A DNA stretch of 64,000 nucleotides from the human T2T-CHM13v2.0 reference genome, Homo sapiens, in assembly GCF_009914755.1 (NCBI RefSeq), contig NC_060936.1. One strand, given 5' to 3'. The position numbers and the translations under genes were made by a program. The stretch's first letter is position 1, and each line of letters opens with the position of its first letter. This document shows, piece after piece, positions 45,495-59,882 of this stretch. The notes beneath the pieces were generated by a model. It was not told the origin of the DNA. It saw nothing but the letters and a program-made list of their open reading frames with translations, and searched no databases.

Positions 45495-46904
45495 CCCGCT
45501 TTTCTAACTTTATTCAGCTAAGGCTCACAAGAATCCAGTGAAATGGGAGTTCTTATTCAACTCCTTTCACAGGTAAGGTGAAGAGGTCCCAGAGAAGTTA
45601 AGTTACACTTACTAAGTGGCAGGGTCGAGATCCACCCGAATGCCAATCTAGTTCCAGAGTTTTGAATACTTGACACTCTACCCCATGTCCTCTTATGAAG
45701 AAGTCACCTCCACATTAGGGGACAGAGCTCTGGTCTCTGGCAAGAGAGGTTGAGATACTTATTACCATGCTGGCCAATGAATGGAGAATATAATGAGCAA
45801 ACAAACCACTGTGCAAACATGATTGATCATTGTAAATATTTTCTATAATTCATAACCAAATTAGTGTTTTTCCCTGCTTACTTTTCTTTGATTATTTCTC
45901 CTTCATTCCTTGAATCCTCAAACCACTTAACATTTCATCCTGTTATTTATTATTATACAGGACCACTCTTCTCCCTCCTGACAACCTTTCCTGGTAAAAG
46001 GCTTTCAGTAATTTTGTTGTGGCTGCAGAGCCAACCATGATAATGGCTGCAGTTTTGTGCAGCAAACTCGTGGCAATTGATTGATAAATCAGCTTTGGGG
46101 GAAAAAAAGTTTACAACAGCATTGCCTTAATCCATGCTATAAACAACTACTATTTCTTAATGTTCTTACCTTAACTGCTCATTACCTGGCTCTTGGGTAC
46201 CTGTGAAGGGGAAGATGTTACCCTGGAGAGATGGTTCATTGACTCATCAGGTGTGTGTCAGAGGCTTGGTGCTGGCCAGTCTCCCAAACCCACAGACTTG
46301 AGGAGTTAAGCCACATTCTTCGTGATTGAGAAACTCTGTGTGAAGTGCACAGTGTGTTGTTCATTTTTAAAGAAAAGGCCTCCCATTGCCCTTTTTCCCA
46401 GCCACTGACTTCTTTGTGTACTTTCCTACCAACAGTCCTGGGAGGCTGCCATTTTTTTCTCTACTCTTTCAATACTGATTTTCAATGAGGGGGAAAAAAA
46501 AGTTCTCTGGACTTTTGTTCCATCAATACATAAATTTCATTCTGGGAACATTAGTAGAGGCCTATAGAGAATGTTTTAGTTTTAAAATTATTGTTAAGTA
46601 GCAACTTTCTATTTGATAAACTTACCTTAATTTTAAAAAACTTCACACGCTTGCTGTATTTCTTCACATCTTTGTACAGAGGCCTGGGACTTAGGGATCC
46701 TTTCTTAAGCTAATTACTTTACCTACACTCTGAAGGATAGTGCAGTTTATTCATGACTTTCACCCCTTCAATACTAGAACAAAAGCAGACACATTAAATG
46801 TTACCAAAAATATTATATTGCACTGAGAGCTAATCTAACATACTGTGCTTTCAAGACTAGAGACTTATGGAGGTTGATTAATTTGCTATCTAGGGGATTT
46901 TTTA

Positions 46905-47319
<415 letters not shown>

Positions 47320-48463
47320 TTATCTGCAAAATGGGAATTTTAATACCTCACCACATAACTGGAAAAAGAAAGAAGATGACAGATATAAGGGGTGCCTACT
47401 TGTGCCAGCCACAGAGTAGGCATTCACTTAATGTCAATTGAATTAGAATTAAGCAGAATTAAAGAGTTGAGAGCAGAATTAATCAAGCCTCTTGAAAGAG
47501 AGAGTATAGTGTAGTAACCGTATGGGGTGTTCGTGTCCCAGCTTGGCAGCTTAACAACTCTAATTCCCTTTTTCTTCTTTTGTGAAATGGGTATAGTTAT
47601 GACAATTGTAATAGATTAACAAAGTTTATGAAAGTAGTGTACATAATGTACATAGTATAGTTGAACACATAGCAAGCTCTAATAAAGCTAAGTATATATG
47701 TATGTGGTTTTTAATCACATTCACCAGCAACACAAAGATGGCTATATGACCAATAATGATACATATAAATGTATAGATTACTGGTAAGATGGATAGAAAG
47801 ATTGCAGCTGATAGATGTCAGGCTAATAAGGACACAATGCAGGGGTTGAGCTTTAAAGGCAGGAATGAACATCATCTAGAAGAGACAGTACTACATGCCA
47901 AGCAGGATAAATAGCCTCTAAGCTTGGGTCTGAGAAAAGTTGTGTGTGTTCTGTGGAAGAGAGAGAAGTAGATAGCAGGGCTGATAAAAGAACAAGAGGA
48001 GGTTACAAAGAATAATGGCAGAGGACTGGAAATTTACATTTTAAGCTTTACCCTAAGTTCCTACCTGTTTTGACTTCAGTATCACCAGTGTGTCTTGGCC
48101 TTCCTCTTCAGCACATTTCCAATTATACTTCCAATTCCAGACACAGATAACTACATTCCTCTACTCAACGGCTTTTAGTTGAATGTAACTTTGGAATGTG
48201 AAATGACTCAAGGATCATGTAAAGCTAATTCTCCTTCCCTATTACACCCATGAAAGTACCATATATGGTAATTCCTTACCTTGCATTTGCAAGCCTGTTT
48301 TTTGATGTTTCCATTATCCTGCTTCTCCTTCTTTACCTGTCTTCGAATTGATGATGATGGTGATCATGATGACAATTGTGATAAGGATATTATAAATTTA
48401 TTGAGGGTTTTTCTTGGGCCAGTCCATATTTTATCTCCATTACATTAGACAATAACCCATTAA

Positions 48464-48785
<322 letters not shown>

Positions 48786-48829
48786 TACTGTTTCGATTTT
48801 AAGAATGAAGAAATTTAGTCTCAGAGACT

Positions 48830-48920
48830 GAATCCCTCAAGCAAGGTTAACAGCTAAATCGTGGGACTGGAATTCAAGTCCTAAAGCCTACAGTTTTGAA
48901 TACTACTGAAATGACAAGTT
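48830..48920 (+). other. MGST1: Candidate proximal alternative first exon, largely MIR-derived (5' end approximate)
   Basis: GTT|gtaagt donor at 48921, about 760 bp upstream of exon 2; the upstream sequence is MIR-like. Confidence 0.45.
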
Positions 48921-49189
48921 GTAAGTTGGGTCTCCAAAGCAGGATACATAAGAACTGAGGCCTTCCTAAGTTCAGTGCTGCTGCTAGGTACATAGCTTGA
49001 TGTTTCCAAAGAGATCAGTCTATGACCTCTGGTCTTTTGCTTTCAACCTACTTATAGTTAATCTCAGTGCTAGTATGTGATGTTAGTCTATGTTTAGGGC
49101 ATTTTTGCTATTTATTTTTGCTTATACTGCACCCTTTTTTTTCAAGTAGTACTTGCTTGATGTCTTCAAGCTAAATAATATAGAACTAG

Positions 49190-49607
<418 letters not shown>

Positions 49608-49706
49608 TAAGAACATCAAATGATCTTCCAGTTATTTTGGGTATTTATGTCTGCTTTTTCCCATTTTATTTAAATCTTTTTAAGATTCCAGACCAAAATT
49701 GAAAAA

Positions 49707-49832
49707 ATGGTTGACCTCACCCAGGTAATGGATGATGAAGTATTCATGGCTTTTGCATCCTATGCAACAATTATTCTTTCAAAAATGATGCTTATGAGTA
49801 CTGCAACTGCATTCTATAGATTGACAAGAAAG
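49707..49832 (+). CDS. MGST1: MGST1 first coding exon (exon 2; acceptor at 49685, ATG at 49707), codons 1-42
   Basis: Translates to MVDLTQVMDDEVFMAFASYATIILSKMMLMSTATAFYRLTRK, the MGST1 N-terminus. Acceptor ttttaag|ATT, donor AAG|gtaaga. Confidence 0.99.
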
Positions 49833-50656
49833 GTAAGAAATTTGGAGGTAATATTTTCTTACTTTTAAGAGTTGGAATTCTGGAGAGCAGTTTTCTTAAT
49901 TTTCTTTTTTTATTTTTGGTAAAGCCCAATAGCACACTGTTTTATGCTGTAAGTGAAGTATGCCATCGTTTGGCACAGATGGATCTGATGTATTTATGGA
50001 ACAGTTGCTTTCTCCTAGAAACTAGTAAATGGTTTTTTCATTATGGCTTTTACCTTTTTATCATTCTGCTAAGCAGATGAGATATTCTGGAATATCAAAG
50101 TTTTCACGGAAACTTTCTTTCATTTTGGAATTAATTTTGCCAATGAGGGTTTAGAAAACAATCATTTTCTAGACAGTTAACTGGTATTTTCAGCTCTAGT
50201 GCAGGTCAAGGGTATGATTTTGGTTAAAAAAAAATAGAAAAAAAAAGAAGAAAGAAAAAGAAGAAAAAGGCTGAGAATTAAAGTCTTACTTTCAAAGTGA
50301 GCCTCATATATGAGCCTTTTGAATTTTGTGTACTTCTGACTTTTTAAGTGGATACTATTTCTACCCAGCATTATAAGAATGACTTTTTTTTTTTTAAGTG
50401 CAGATGTGGGGAGGGTGGTAGACAGATTCTGAAGCACATATTATGTATTCAAGCAGGGTTTATACGTGCTTGAAGCGCGTAGAGCGAGGTTCCCTTTACA
50501 AAATTAAAATATTTTCACGGGGGTAGTCCCTGTGCTCATTCAGCAACTTCTTCCTGGAGACCATCTGTTTCTCTCTTAGGACCTGTCCTGAGTTTTGTCC
50601 TCTAGAGCCTTGATTTTATCTATAGGTCACAGTCTTCCCTAAGGTGTTTCCTTGTT

Positions 50657-50953
50657 ACTTTTTTTTTTTTTTTTTTTTGTGAGATGGAGTCTCACTCTGT
50701 TGCCCAGGCTGGAGTGCAGTGGCAGGATCTCGGCTCACTGCAACCTCTGCCTCCTGGGTTCAAGTGCTTCTCATGCCTCAGCGTCCCAAGTAGCTGAGAT
50801 TATAGGCACGCACCACCAGGCCCAGTTGATTTTTGTGTTTTTAGTAGAGATGGGGTTTTGCCATGTTGGCCAGGCTGGTCTCAAACTCCTGACCTCAGGT
50901 GATCCACCCACCTTGGCCTCCCAAAGTGCTGGGATTACAGGCGTGGGCCTGGC
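50657..50953 (-). mobile_element. AluS (intron 2)
   Basis: Antisense Alu. Confidence 0.93.
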
Positions 50954-51281
50954 CTACTATTTTGAGGTATAATGGAAGGATGTTTGCATTTTAATGGAGG
51001 GAACACCTCTCATGCACTGATGTGTTGCAGCATCAGGGCAACAAAGTGGCTGTCTGCTTCCAGGTCCACACTGACTTCTAGACACAGAATGTCACCAAGG
51101 AAATGTACCCTGTCTTAAAAGAAAAGATGAAGGGAATTCAAATTTGGAGAGTGCCGGGAGCCACACGCTTTTTATGTGTGCTTGGTCATGCAGTCATTTT
51201 ACACACTTGTTAGCATTGTCAGGTGAAATGAGGATTCATCTTTCCATTTTATATAGAGGGGGCAGTTAGAGGTTAAGTAGC

Positions 51282-51665
51282 TGTCTGAGTCCCTTTGGGC
51301 TGCTCTTACAAAATGCCATAGACTGGGTGGCTTAAGCAACAAACATTTGTCTCACAGTTCTGGAGTCTGGTAAGTCTAAAATCAAGATGCCAGCAGATCT
51401 GGTGTTCAGTGAGGGCCCAGTTCCTGACTTGCAGATGGCCATCTTCTCATTGTATCCTCACATTGGCAGAGCACAGAGAGAGAGAGAGAGAAGGAAGCAA
51501 ACTCTCTCCTTTCTCTTCTTATAAAGACTTTAATCTCATTCATGAGGACTCCACTCTCTTCACCTAATTACCTCCCAAAGGCCTCATATCCCAGATACTA
51601 TCACATCGAAGATTAGGCTTTAACATACAAGTTTTAGGGGGCCACAAACATTCAGTCCTTAGCAA
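51282..51665 (-). mobile_element. MLT1A/B solo LTR within a MIR
   Basis: tgtctgagtccctttgggctgctcttacaaaatgccatagactgggtggc...aacattcagtccttagca. Confidence 0.85.
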
Positions 51666-52707
51666 TAGCTTATCCAAGGTTACATACAAATAAAGAGTGA
51701 AACTGAGATTCAAACTGAAATTGCATTAAACCCAATCTAATGCCCTTTCCATTGTAATACATTTATTTCTTTATTCAACATATATTTATTGTACATCTAG
51801 TGTGTGCCAGGCACTTATTTAGGGGAGCACTACGATGAACAAGACAGACAGGCCTGACCTTAGGAACTTTATCTGGAATATTTATTCCAGATAAAGATGT
51901 TGAGGAAAACTGATGGGCAGTATCCCAGCCCTGTGCATCGGTTCTCTTCAACATCTTTATCTCTAATATAATGTTCATATCATATTAAGAAAAAATAGAA
52001 AACAAATGAGATTAATTTTGCAGTTTGTGTTTTTCTCTGCCATCAATTATTAAATAGTGGCACATGCTTAAATATTTTTTAAATGCAGATTTCAAGTTTC
52101 AAGGGATGGGGAAGCTATTTCAAAGAGCATAATAATTGCAGGAAGGAATACATGAATGTGTACTTCTTATTCCTAGGAATGCAATTCAGCTTCTCAAATT
52201 TCATTATACAGTATTCTTCAACCCAAAGTTTTATCTGATTTAGAAAAAGAAAAGAGGTACACATGTTCTGACAGAGTACAAGACACCTTTCCCATCCCTT
52301 ACTCTTTTATGCTTCTTGCCTGTTCTCTAAAACCTTTGGCAGGTAAACATATTACTTTCAGATGAGCCAATCGCTTGGAAATGTTAATACACTTGAGGGA
52401 AGGTATGTCAACATCACTGTGAAAAAGATACCAGTGAACCATACTAATAGTCAATGACTTAGAATTATGCCTTTCCCCATATTTGCTTCCTTTTCACTAT
52501 TTTTATTCACTGGTTTTTGTTCAAGTTCTTATTTATGCTTCTCTTTTTACAACTTTGCATTGTTAATAAAAATTCAGTTTTAACTATAGATGCCTTCTTC
52601 TCCTCTTGTGTTTGATTTATTGCTCCAAATGGGCCAACCTGGATGTCTATATTTCTTCCACTAAAATGCAAATAACTTACTAGGTAGAATATCCCCATGT
52701 TATTTCT

Positions 52708-53019
52708 TGGTTTGTTTGTTTTCTTTTTTTTGAGGCAGGGTCTTGCTCTGTCACCCAGACTAGATTGTAGTGGTGCAATCACAGCTCACTGCAGCCTCAA
52801 CCTCTCGGGCTCAGGTGATCCTCCAACCTCAACCTCCTGAGTAGCTAGGACCACAGGCATGCATGTGGCCCACTACCATGCAAAATTTTTTTTAAAAAAA
52901 TTTGTAGATATGGGGACTCCCTATGTTGCCCAGGCTGATCTTGAATTCTTGGGCTCAAGCAATCCTGCCTCAGCCTCACAAAGCGCTGGAATTACAGGTG
53001 TGAGCTATTGCTCCTGGCC
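52708..53019 (-). mobile_element. AluJ immediately upstream of exon 3
   Basis: J diagnostics (gctcactgcagcctcaacctc, ctatgttgcccaggctg). Confidence 0.9.
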
Positions 53020-53058
53020 AGTATTTGAAATAAGTTTTTTTTCTTGGTATTTGGATAG

Positions 53059-53153
53059 GTTTTTGCCAATCCAGAAGACTGTGTAGCATTTGGCAAAGGA
53101 GAAAATGCCAAGAAGTATCTTCGAACAGATGACAGAGTAGAACGTGTACGCAG
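53059..53153 (+). CDS. MGST1: MGST1 coding exon 3 (95 nt, phase 0 to phase 2)
   Basis: Translates to VFANPEDCVAFGKGENAKKYLRTDDRVERVR(R). Acceptor ggatag|GTT, donor CAG|gtaaac. Confidence 0.99.
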
Positions 53154-53669
53154 GTAAACCAGTGTCTCTTGAAATTACTTACTTTATGAAACAATTTTGG
53201 TCAAGGAGTTCAGTGAAGATGTCTCAGGGTCTTGGAGACTGAGGAAAAAAAGTGAGACCTCTTACCTACTCCACATGACAATTACAGAAAACTGGATGTC
53301 TGAAATTGACACACTGCACTTGTATGTGTTGCCAATTTGGCAATACTGTACTTTTATGTGTACTTTCTTGGGGTTAATGACGTTGCTGTATATAGGGATG
53401 TATCAAAAGTAATGGCAGGGAGGAGGTAAAATGGGAACAGTAGATTCTTGGAGTTTTATCGTCTTTGTCCATAGGTGAGACTGTCAACTCATGTAAAAGG
53501 TTGAAGAATTAGGTATTTTTGCATAAGATTCAAAATAAGAATGTTGACACTCTGGAGGAGTAGGAACCTCTTTCTCTGTCCCTCTCCCCACTGCCATCTC
53601 TTTTTAAATATTATGTTTTAATGTACTGGGAATTCAATGAGCAATGAAAAGCAATAAGCCAAGATACGA

Positions 53670-54338
<669 letters not shown>

Positions 54339-55523
54339 TTAGCCCTTTTTTGATTCTCTGTGAAAGTCTGAAGCCCCTCCCAAGATTTCTGCAGATTCCC
54401 TTATGGCATATCATCTCCAGGTTAACTCTGGATCTGGGTTCCTGCCTCTATGCATGTTTCCATATTCTGCAATTGGTTATGCTGGATGTTAATCCAGCCC
54501 TTTCATCAGTTCCCTTCAAAAATGAACTAAAAAAAATGTGGCTAAAAATAGACTTGAGTAAGTGGAAGTGCAGAGGCGTTTACACTGTGGCAGCACAAAC
54601 ATTTTAAGTTGTATGTTATTTCTCTGTCAGACAATGGCCTTCAGCATCCTCTCTTTGCAGAATATGCCCCGTACCTGTACCTCCTTCACGCAAGCAATGC
54701 CCAGTGTTACACCATTTTTGAGGCTCTCCTCTAGCCCCACAGACTCTTCAACCTTTTCAGCACTAAAATTAAAAGTACCTTCTTGCTCATGCAAAACAAT
54801 TCTACCCCCAAGCTATTCATCAAGCAAGAATGTTTCTCTTCTAAGAAGAAGTCTGTGCAGATACTTAGCACAAAATTTCACCTTCTATCTCACTTAGTTA
54901 TATACTTCTTAATTCAGCAGCCCTGCTGAGTAAATCAGTGAGTCTTGAGAATGGGTTGTGTCAAGAATATGGATATAAAATAGTTTCAGGACAAAGAATC
55001 ACTGTGGAAATTTCAAACAGCAGAACAATATCAAAGGAAAAATTATGTGTTAGACGAAAAAAAATAAAAAAAAGTGAGTGAAGCTTAAGTTTTCAAAACC
55101 ACTGAAGAGACATGAAAACTTTTAAAGCCTTGTCTGGTCCTTTATGCACTTCCCCTTTTAGAGCAGGCAGCCGCCTGCATGATGCTAGTCATGGCCCTGT
55201 ATTTATAAAATTGCCCAGAACTGGAAAGTGATCAGAAGCAATTAGACCCTCAGTAGTATTAGTAAGACTGAAATGAAAATCCAAGTAAGTCTCCTGTGTG
55301 AAAGCGTAACAAAAGATATTTTATTTGGGGATTTTAGATTCCTCCCTACTATTCTTTCCGACCTTCCACCCTTACTCCCTGCCCGTGGGATTGTACTTTT
55401 AGAGGAAAACGACGTTATCTAAATTGATCCGCTAGTCAGGTTGCAAATGAATGTTAGAAAGAACAATTGACCCCAGTTCTGTAAAGGTTCCGAGTCCTGG
55501 AGGAGGTGCAGCGACTGTGTGCA

Positions 55524-55538
55524 CAGCGCCCCCTGGTG
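55524..55538 (-). promoter_or_regulatory. CTCF core motif in MGST1 intron 3
   Basis: CAGCGCCCCCTGGTG, reverse complement CACCAGGGGGCGCTG, near-consensus. Confidence 0.7.
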
Positions 55539-56399
55539 ATGAGACACTGGCTTTTCCGCATACTAAGAGAAGAGCGTCTCCAACAGAGCGGAGTTTCCAG
55601 TTGTATAATGCTTTTTGAGACAGTACCTGTTTCATCGAAAAAGTGCCTAATAACACACTTTTGGAGACACTTTTCAGACAGAGCGTTTCCAGCATCTTCC
55701 CTTTCCACTTTTAAGTTAAGACTTTTTTTTTTCACCTCTCTCGTTACTTCAGTCATTGTAAAGCTGTTACGATTAGCATATTTGAACGGCAGAGCCAGAA
55801 TGGGGCTACAAATGAAGTGAAAAGTATGCTTTACCGTGTGCAACAATTGTGAAAGTTAATACATACACATATGGAACAATTAACTAAAAACTTAAGGTAA
55901 TATGTGTTGAAATACCAAGATATGTGACTTAAAGTCAGTTATTTGAGTTCTGGAAAGACAGAAACCAGTGATGGTTAGAAAGCACTTGACATATTTATTT
56001 ATTTATTTAATACCATCTTAGCTTGTCTAGGAAGCATTCAAGACCATATACATTCAACACAAAAAGATAAAAAGAAAGTTGAAAGGCAAACAGGCCAGCT
56101 GGTGAAATACAGGGAGTCATTCAAAAGACAAAATAAAGGCTTGAGTTGGTATTTAGGGACAGGAGAGACATTTAGAATATATTCCCTTTAAAGGTAGAGA
56201 ATAACCCTTCACTGAGAGTGTTCCATGGAGTCTAAGTGACACTTGCTGGGGACTCTGTCATGAGACTGGAGCATAGGCTAGGGGTTGAACTGGATGATGT
56301 CCCTCGTGGCCCCAGTGTATGAACACACATATATGGAGAGATTATTGTGTATGTATCACTGTCATTTCTTCTATTGGGATGCTATCAAAGAGCTTTAAA

Positions 56400-57300
56400 A
56401 CTGGGTTCCTGACCCTCAGGGGTTTATAGTGTTCCCCCCCTCCCCGCCCCCAAAAGACCCACATGCATATAGGAATGGGAGAATGATATGAAGCCATGTT
56501 CCATTAGTTCCATGGAATATTTCATAAAGGAAGACCTTGAAGAGTATTAGGATTTGAAAGGAGAAAGAGGAGAGAAGTCTCATCAATTTGGGAAAATTCC
56601 TTTGTGAGAATGTGAACACATGGCTGGCTATGTGCTGAGGGTGAAGAGCTTTGGCTGAGATGAGGGCGTCAGGAAAAGCCTGCTGTGCAGCTCCTTTTGT
56701 AGTTGTTCTCAGCCTGACAATCCCCAGAAGCATGTAGCAATGGCAGTCCAGGTCAGGTGGATGCTGGGATCCAAGTAATTCTGATCTGAGGGAAGGAGGC
56801 GTGGCTGTGGCCTCAAGAGCACAGAGATGGTGGGAAGGTCCGTCACAGAGCAAATATATGCCAGGGCATGTGTGTCCAAAGGAGAAAGAAGAATGGGAAA
56901 ATGTAATCATGGGGAAGAAGGGTAATAGACCCAGGTAGAAAGTGGACTCTTAGGAAGACTGATGTCCACCTGGTGATAGATTTTGGCAGCTGTCCATAAA
57001 TGGCACTAACGTGAAGGAAGCTGCCGCTCCAGGAAGGAGTCTGTCGTTGGAGAAGAGGGGAGGGTTAGGACGGAAGGGTGATAGTGCACTGCAGCAGGTG
57101 CTCACAGGGAAAGCTGGGGAACTGTTTGCCTGGAACAGAGTCTCAAAAGAAGTACAAAATACAGCATAAATTGGCATAAGTATGAGGGTCTGTGGAAAAC
57201 AGGCCTTACTAGCATAGTGAGGAGTGTTATCTTTGAGAACATTTTGAGGGCTGACGAAAGAGAAAGAGAACTCAAAAGGGAGAATAAGATAAAGAGAAAA
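56400..57300 (-). mobile_element. Probable L2 5'/endonuclease-region remnant
   Basis: Purine-rich degenerate tract with weak LINE endonuclease-like motifs on the minus strand; family uncertain. Confidence 0.4.
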
Positions 57301-58117
57301 TGAGGCTAGAAAAACATGCAGGAGCTAGAAAGGTAAAGGAACCCCTGCCCCTTGACCTTCCTTCCCTCTACCCTCATGGTCCTCTTACTGTCCTTGACTT
57401 TCTTCTCTGCTTTAACATTCCATTCTATTTGTCAACTGCATAACACAGGCGTAGAAGTGGACATTGTTTTCCAGAGAGTCTCCTTTTTATAGTTTCTTCC
57501 TCAACCTTAAAATGTCTGTCCTTTTGGCATGTTGTGAAGGAGAACACTAACGTGCCTAAGATTGGAGGTGACGATATCTCCGTGATGCTGGGGGAGAAAT
57601 CACAGGGGCAAAACAAATACTCTAGGTGTCATTGACAAAGTGGGCCCTTCTTTAATAGAAAATGGTATTCCTGTCTTTTCTTTCCCATCTCATTCTCAGT
57701 AGTACTTGTATTGCTCCATGAAAGAGAGGGCACAGGAACACTCACACCTTCCTCTCTTTGCTTTTATTCTGTATTGAAGCCTTTTCAAATCATTACTTAG
57801 CTGGGCTGCTGCTGTCCTCTTCATGTCTCTATGTAGTCATCCTCTTTGTGAGACAAGCTTAGAGATAATCTAGGGAAGACAAGACAAAGGAAAGGAGAGG
57901 AGGAGAGTGACGATCGTTGAGCAGGCAATATGTAATAATTATATGCTTATTGCTATAGAAGAGAGTAACGTAAAGCAGAAATAGTTTTCATTTTGAAATA
58001 CATATCAATAGCTGACAAACTATCAAATTCTCCATTTCTAGCCTAGATTCTAAAGCAATTTCTAATTCTGTAGACTTAAGGGAGGTGACATTTTAAAATT
58101 AAGTATTTTTAAAAATG

Positions 58118-58422
58118 TTGCTGGGCATGATGGCTTGCACCTATAAACCCAGTGTTTTGGGAGGCTGAGGCTGGAGGACTGCTTGAGACCAGGTGTTCAA
58201 GACCAGCCTGGGCAACATAGCAAGACCCCATCTCTAAAAAGAAAATTTAAAAAATTAGCCAGGCATGGTGGTGAGGCCTGTAGTCCCAGCTACTCATGAT
58301 GCTGAGACTCAGGAGTTTGAGGCTGCAGTGAGCTATGATTGTACCACTGCACTTCAGCCTGAGCAACAGAGCAAGACCCCCTCTCTAAAAACAACAATAG
58401 CAATGACAACAATAATAATAAA
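58118..58422 (+). mobile_element. AluJ with a partial right-arm deletion
   Basis: ggcaacatagcaagacccc; gaggctgcagtgagctatgatt. Confidence 0.9.
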
Positions 58423-59247
58423 AATGTCAAGTCCATAGTAGATGTGTTTTGTATTCGGTCTTAACCAGAGAAACCCAAGATGCCACGGTTTGGAGCAAAA
58501 CTGTGGCTAAAACATGCTTTTTGTTTTCTTCTAGCTCTGTTATAAAGAAAACATTTAGGAAATTCTCTCTTTCTCTCTTTCACCTATCCTACTTTTTGTG
58601 TGTCCTTTGTAGTTTTGCACCATCATTCCTAACGAATTTATTTGGCATTTGGAAGATAGGTTAGCAAAAATTTTACTATATTTGAAAGGCTAGTTATGTA
58701 TTCTGTTATTTAGATATAAGAGCATGAGAGTCTTGATATTAAATTGGTAAATTAATTATTGGCAACCTAGTGGTTTGGATTGGCAAGGATTCTGTCAGTA
58801 ATCATTTGGTAGAGTAGCAGAAGCAAAGGAGGTGTCTTAAGAAAAATCAACACCAAAAGGGTTTTCTTCCTTCGGGAGAAAGAATTTTTATAAAAAGAAT
58901 CTTGAATTGCTAATTGTTATGAACCTCATAAGAAAAAAGTATTTTTATTTACAAAAATGAAATGAGTTCTATTAGATAGATGTCGTTTTGATATTCTAGG
59001 AACTACAAAATGCCTTCTGTGATATTTAAAGATACACTAAAAATAAAAAGAAACAGAAATAATGAGAGATTCTAAATAAAAGTCAAGTGGGCAAGGAAGC
59101 AAGACAATTTGAGAGAAAAAAAATAAATCTTACTTTGAAATTTAAGGATCCATTAGTGCTCAGATTTAGTTTTTAGAAGAGAGAGAAAAAAGGATACATA
59201 TCTAGTATTTTGAAATTAGTGTCTTTAACAGTTATCTTTTTCCACAG

Positions 59248-59494
59248 AGCCCACCTGAATGACCTTGAAAATATTATTCCATTTCTTGGAATTGGCCTCC
59301 TGTATTCCTTGAGTGGTCCCGACCCCTCTACAGCCATCCTGCACTTCAGACTATTTGTCGGAGCACGGATCTACCACACCATTGCATATTTGACACCCCT
59401 TCCCCAGCCAAATAGAGCTTTGAGTTTTTTTGTTGGATATGGAGTTACTCTTTCCATGGCTTACAGGTTGCTGAAAAGTAAATTGTACCTGTAA
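59248..59494 (+). CDS. MGST1: MGST1 terminal coding exon 4
   Basis: Translates to (R)AHLNDLENIIPFLGIGLLYSLSGPDPSTAILHFRLFVGARIYHTIAYLTPLPQPNRALSFFVGYGVTLSMAYRLLKSKLYL*. Acceptor ttttccacag|AGC. Exon lengths 126+95+247=468 nt give 155 aa plus stop. Confidence 0.99.
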
Positions 59495-59865
59495 AGAAAA
59501 TCATACAACTCAGCATCCAGTTGGCTTTTTAAGAATTCTGTACTTCCAATTTATAATGAATACTTTCTTAGATTTTAGGTAGGAGGGGAGCAGAGGAATT
59601 ATGAACTGGGGTAAACCCATTTTGAATATTAGCATTGCCAATATCCTGTATTCTTGTTTTACATTTGGATTAGAAATTTAACATAGTAATTCTTAAGTCT
59701 TTTTCTGATTTTTAAAGTACTTTCTTATAAATTTGGATCATGTTATGATTTGTAACATTCACACAACACCTCACTTTTGAATCTATAAAAGAATTGCACG
59801 TATGAGAAACCTATATTTCAATACTGCTGAAACAGACATGAAATAAAGAATTTAAAGAATGATTT
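59495..59865 (+). other. MGST1: MGST1 3' UTR
   Basis: Runs from the TAA to the AATAAA and downstream U/GU-rich element. The cleavage position is approximate. Confidence 0.85.
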
Positions 59866-59882
59866 TGTTTGGTTTTATTTTT
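59842..59882 (+). terminator. MGST1: MGST1 polyadenylation signal and downstream element
   Basis: AATAAA at 59842-59847 followed by gattttgtttggttttatttt. Confidence 0.85.

Noticed and set aside
54350-54607. 85 aa ORF with a possible acceptor at 54394
   Set aside because: Weak pyrimidine tract, non-ATG start, and no recognisable homology.
55432-55846. 130, 104 and 87 aa ORFs as a possible processed pseudogene or nested gene
   Set aside because: No recognisable protein, poly(A) tail or TSD; better explained as a regulatory CTCF patch. A BLASTX search would be decisive.
59210-59247. N-terminal MKLVSLTVIFFH of the 94 aa ORF
   Set aside because: Intronic read-through upstream of the exon 4 acceptor, from a non-ATG start.
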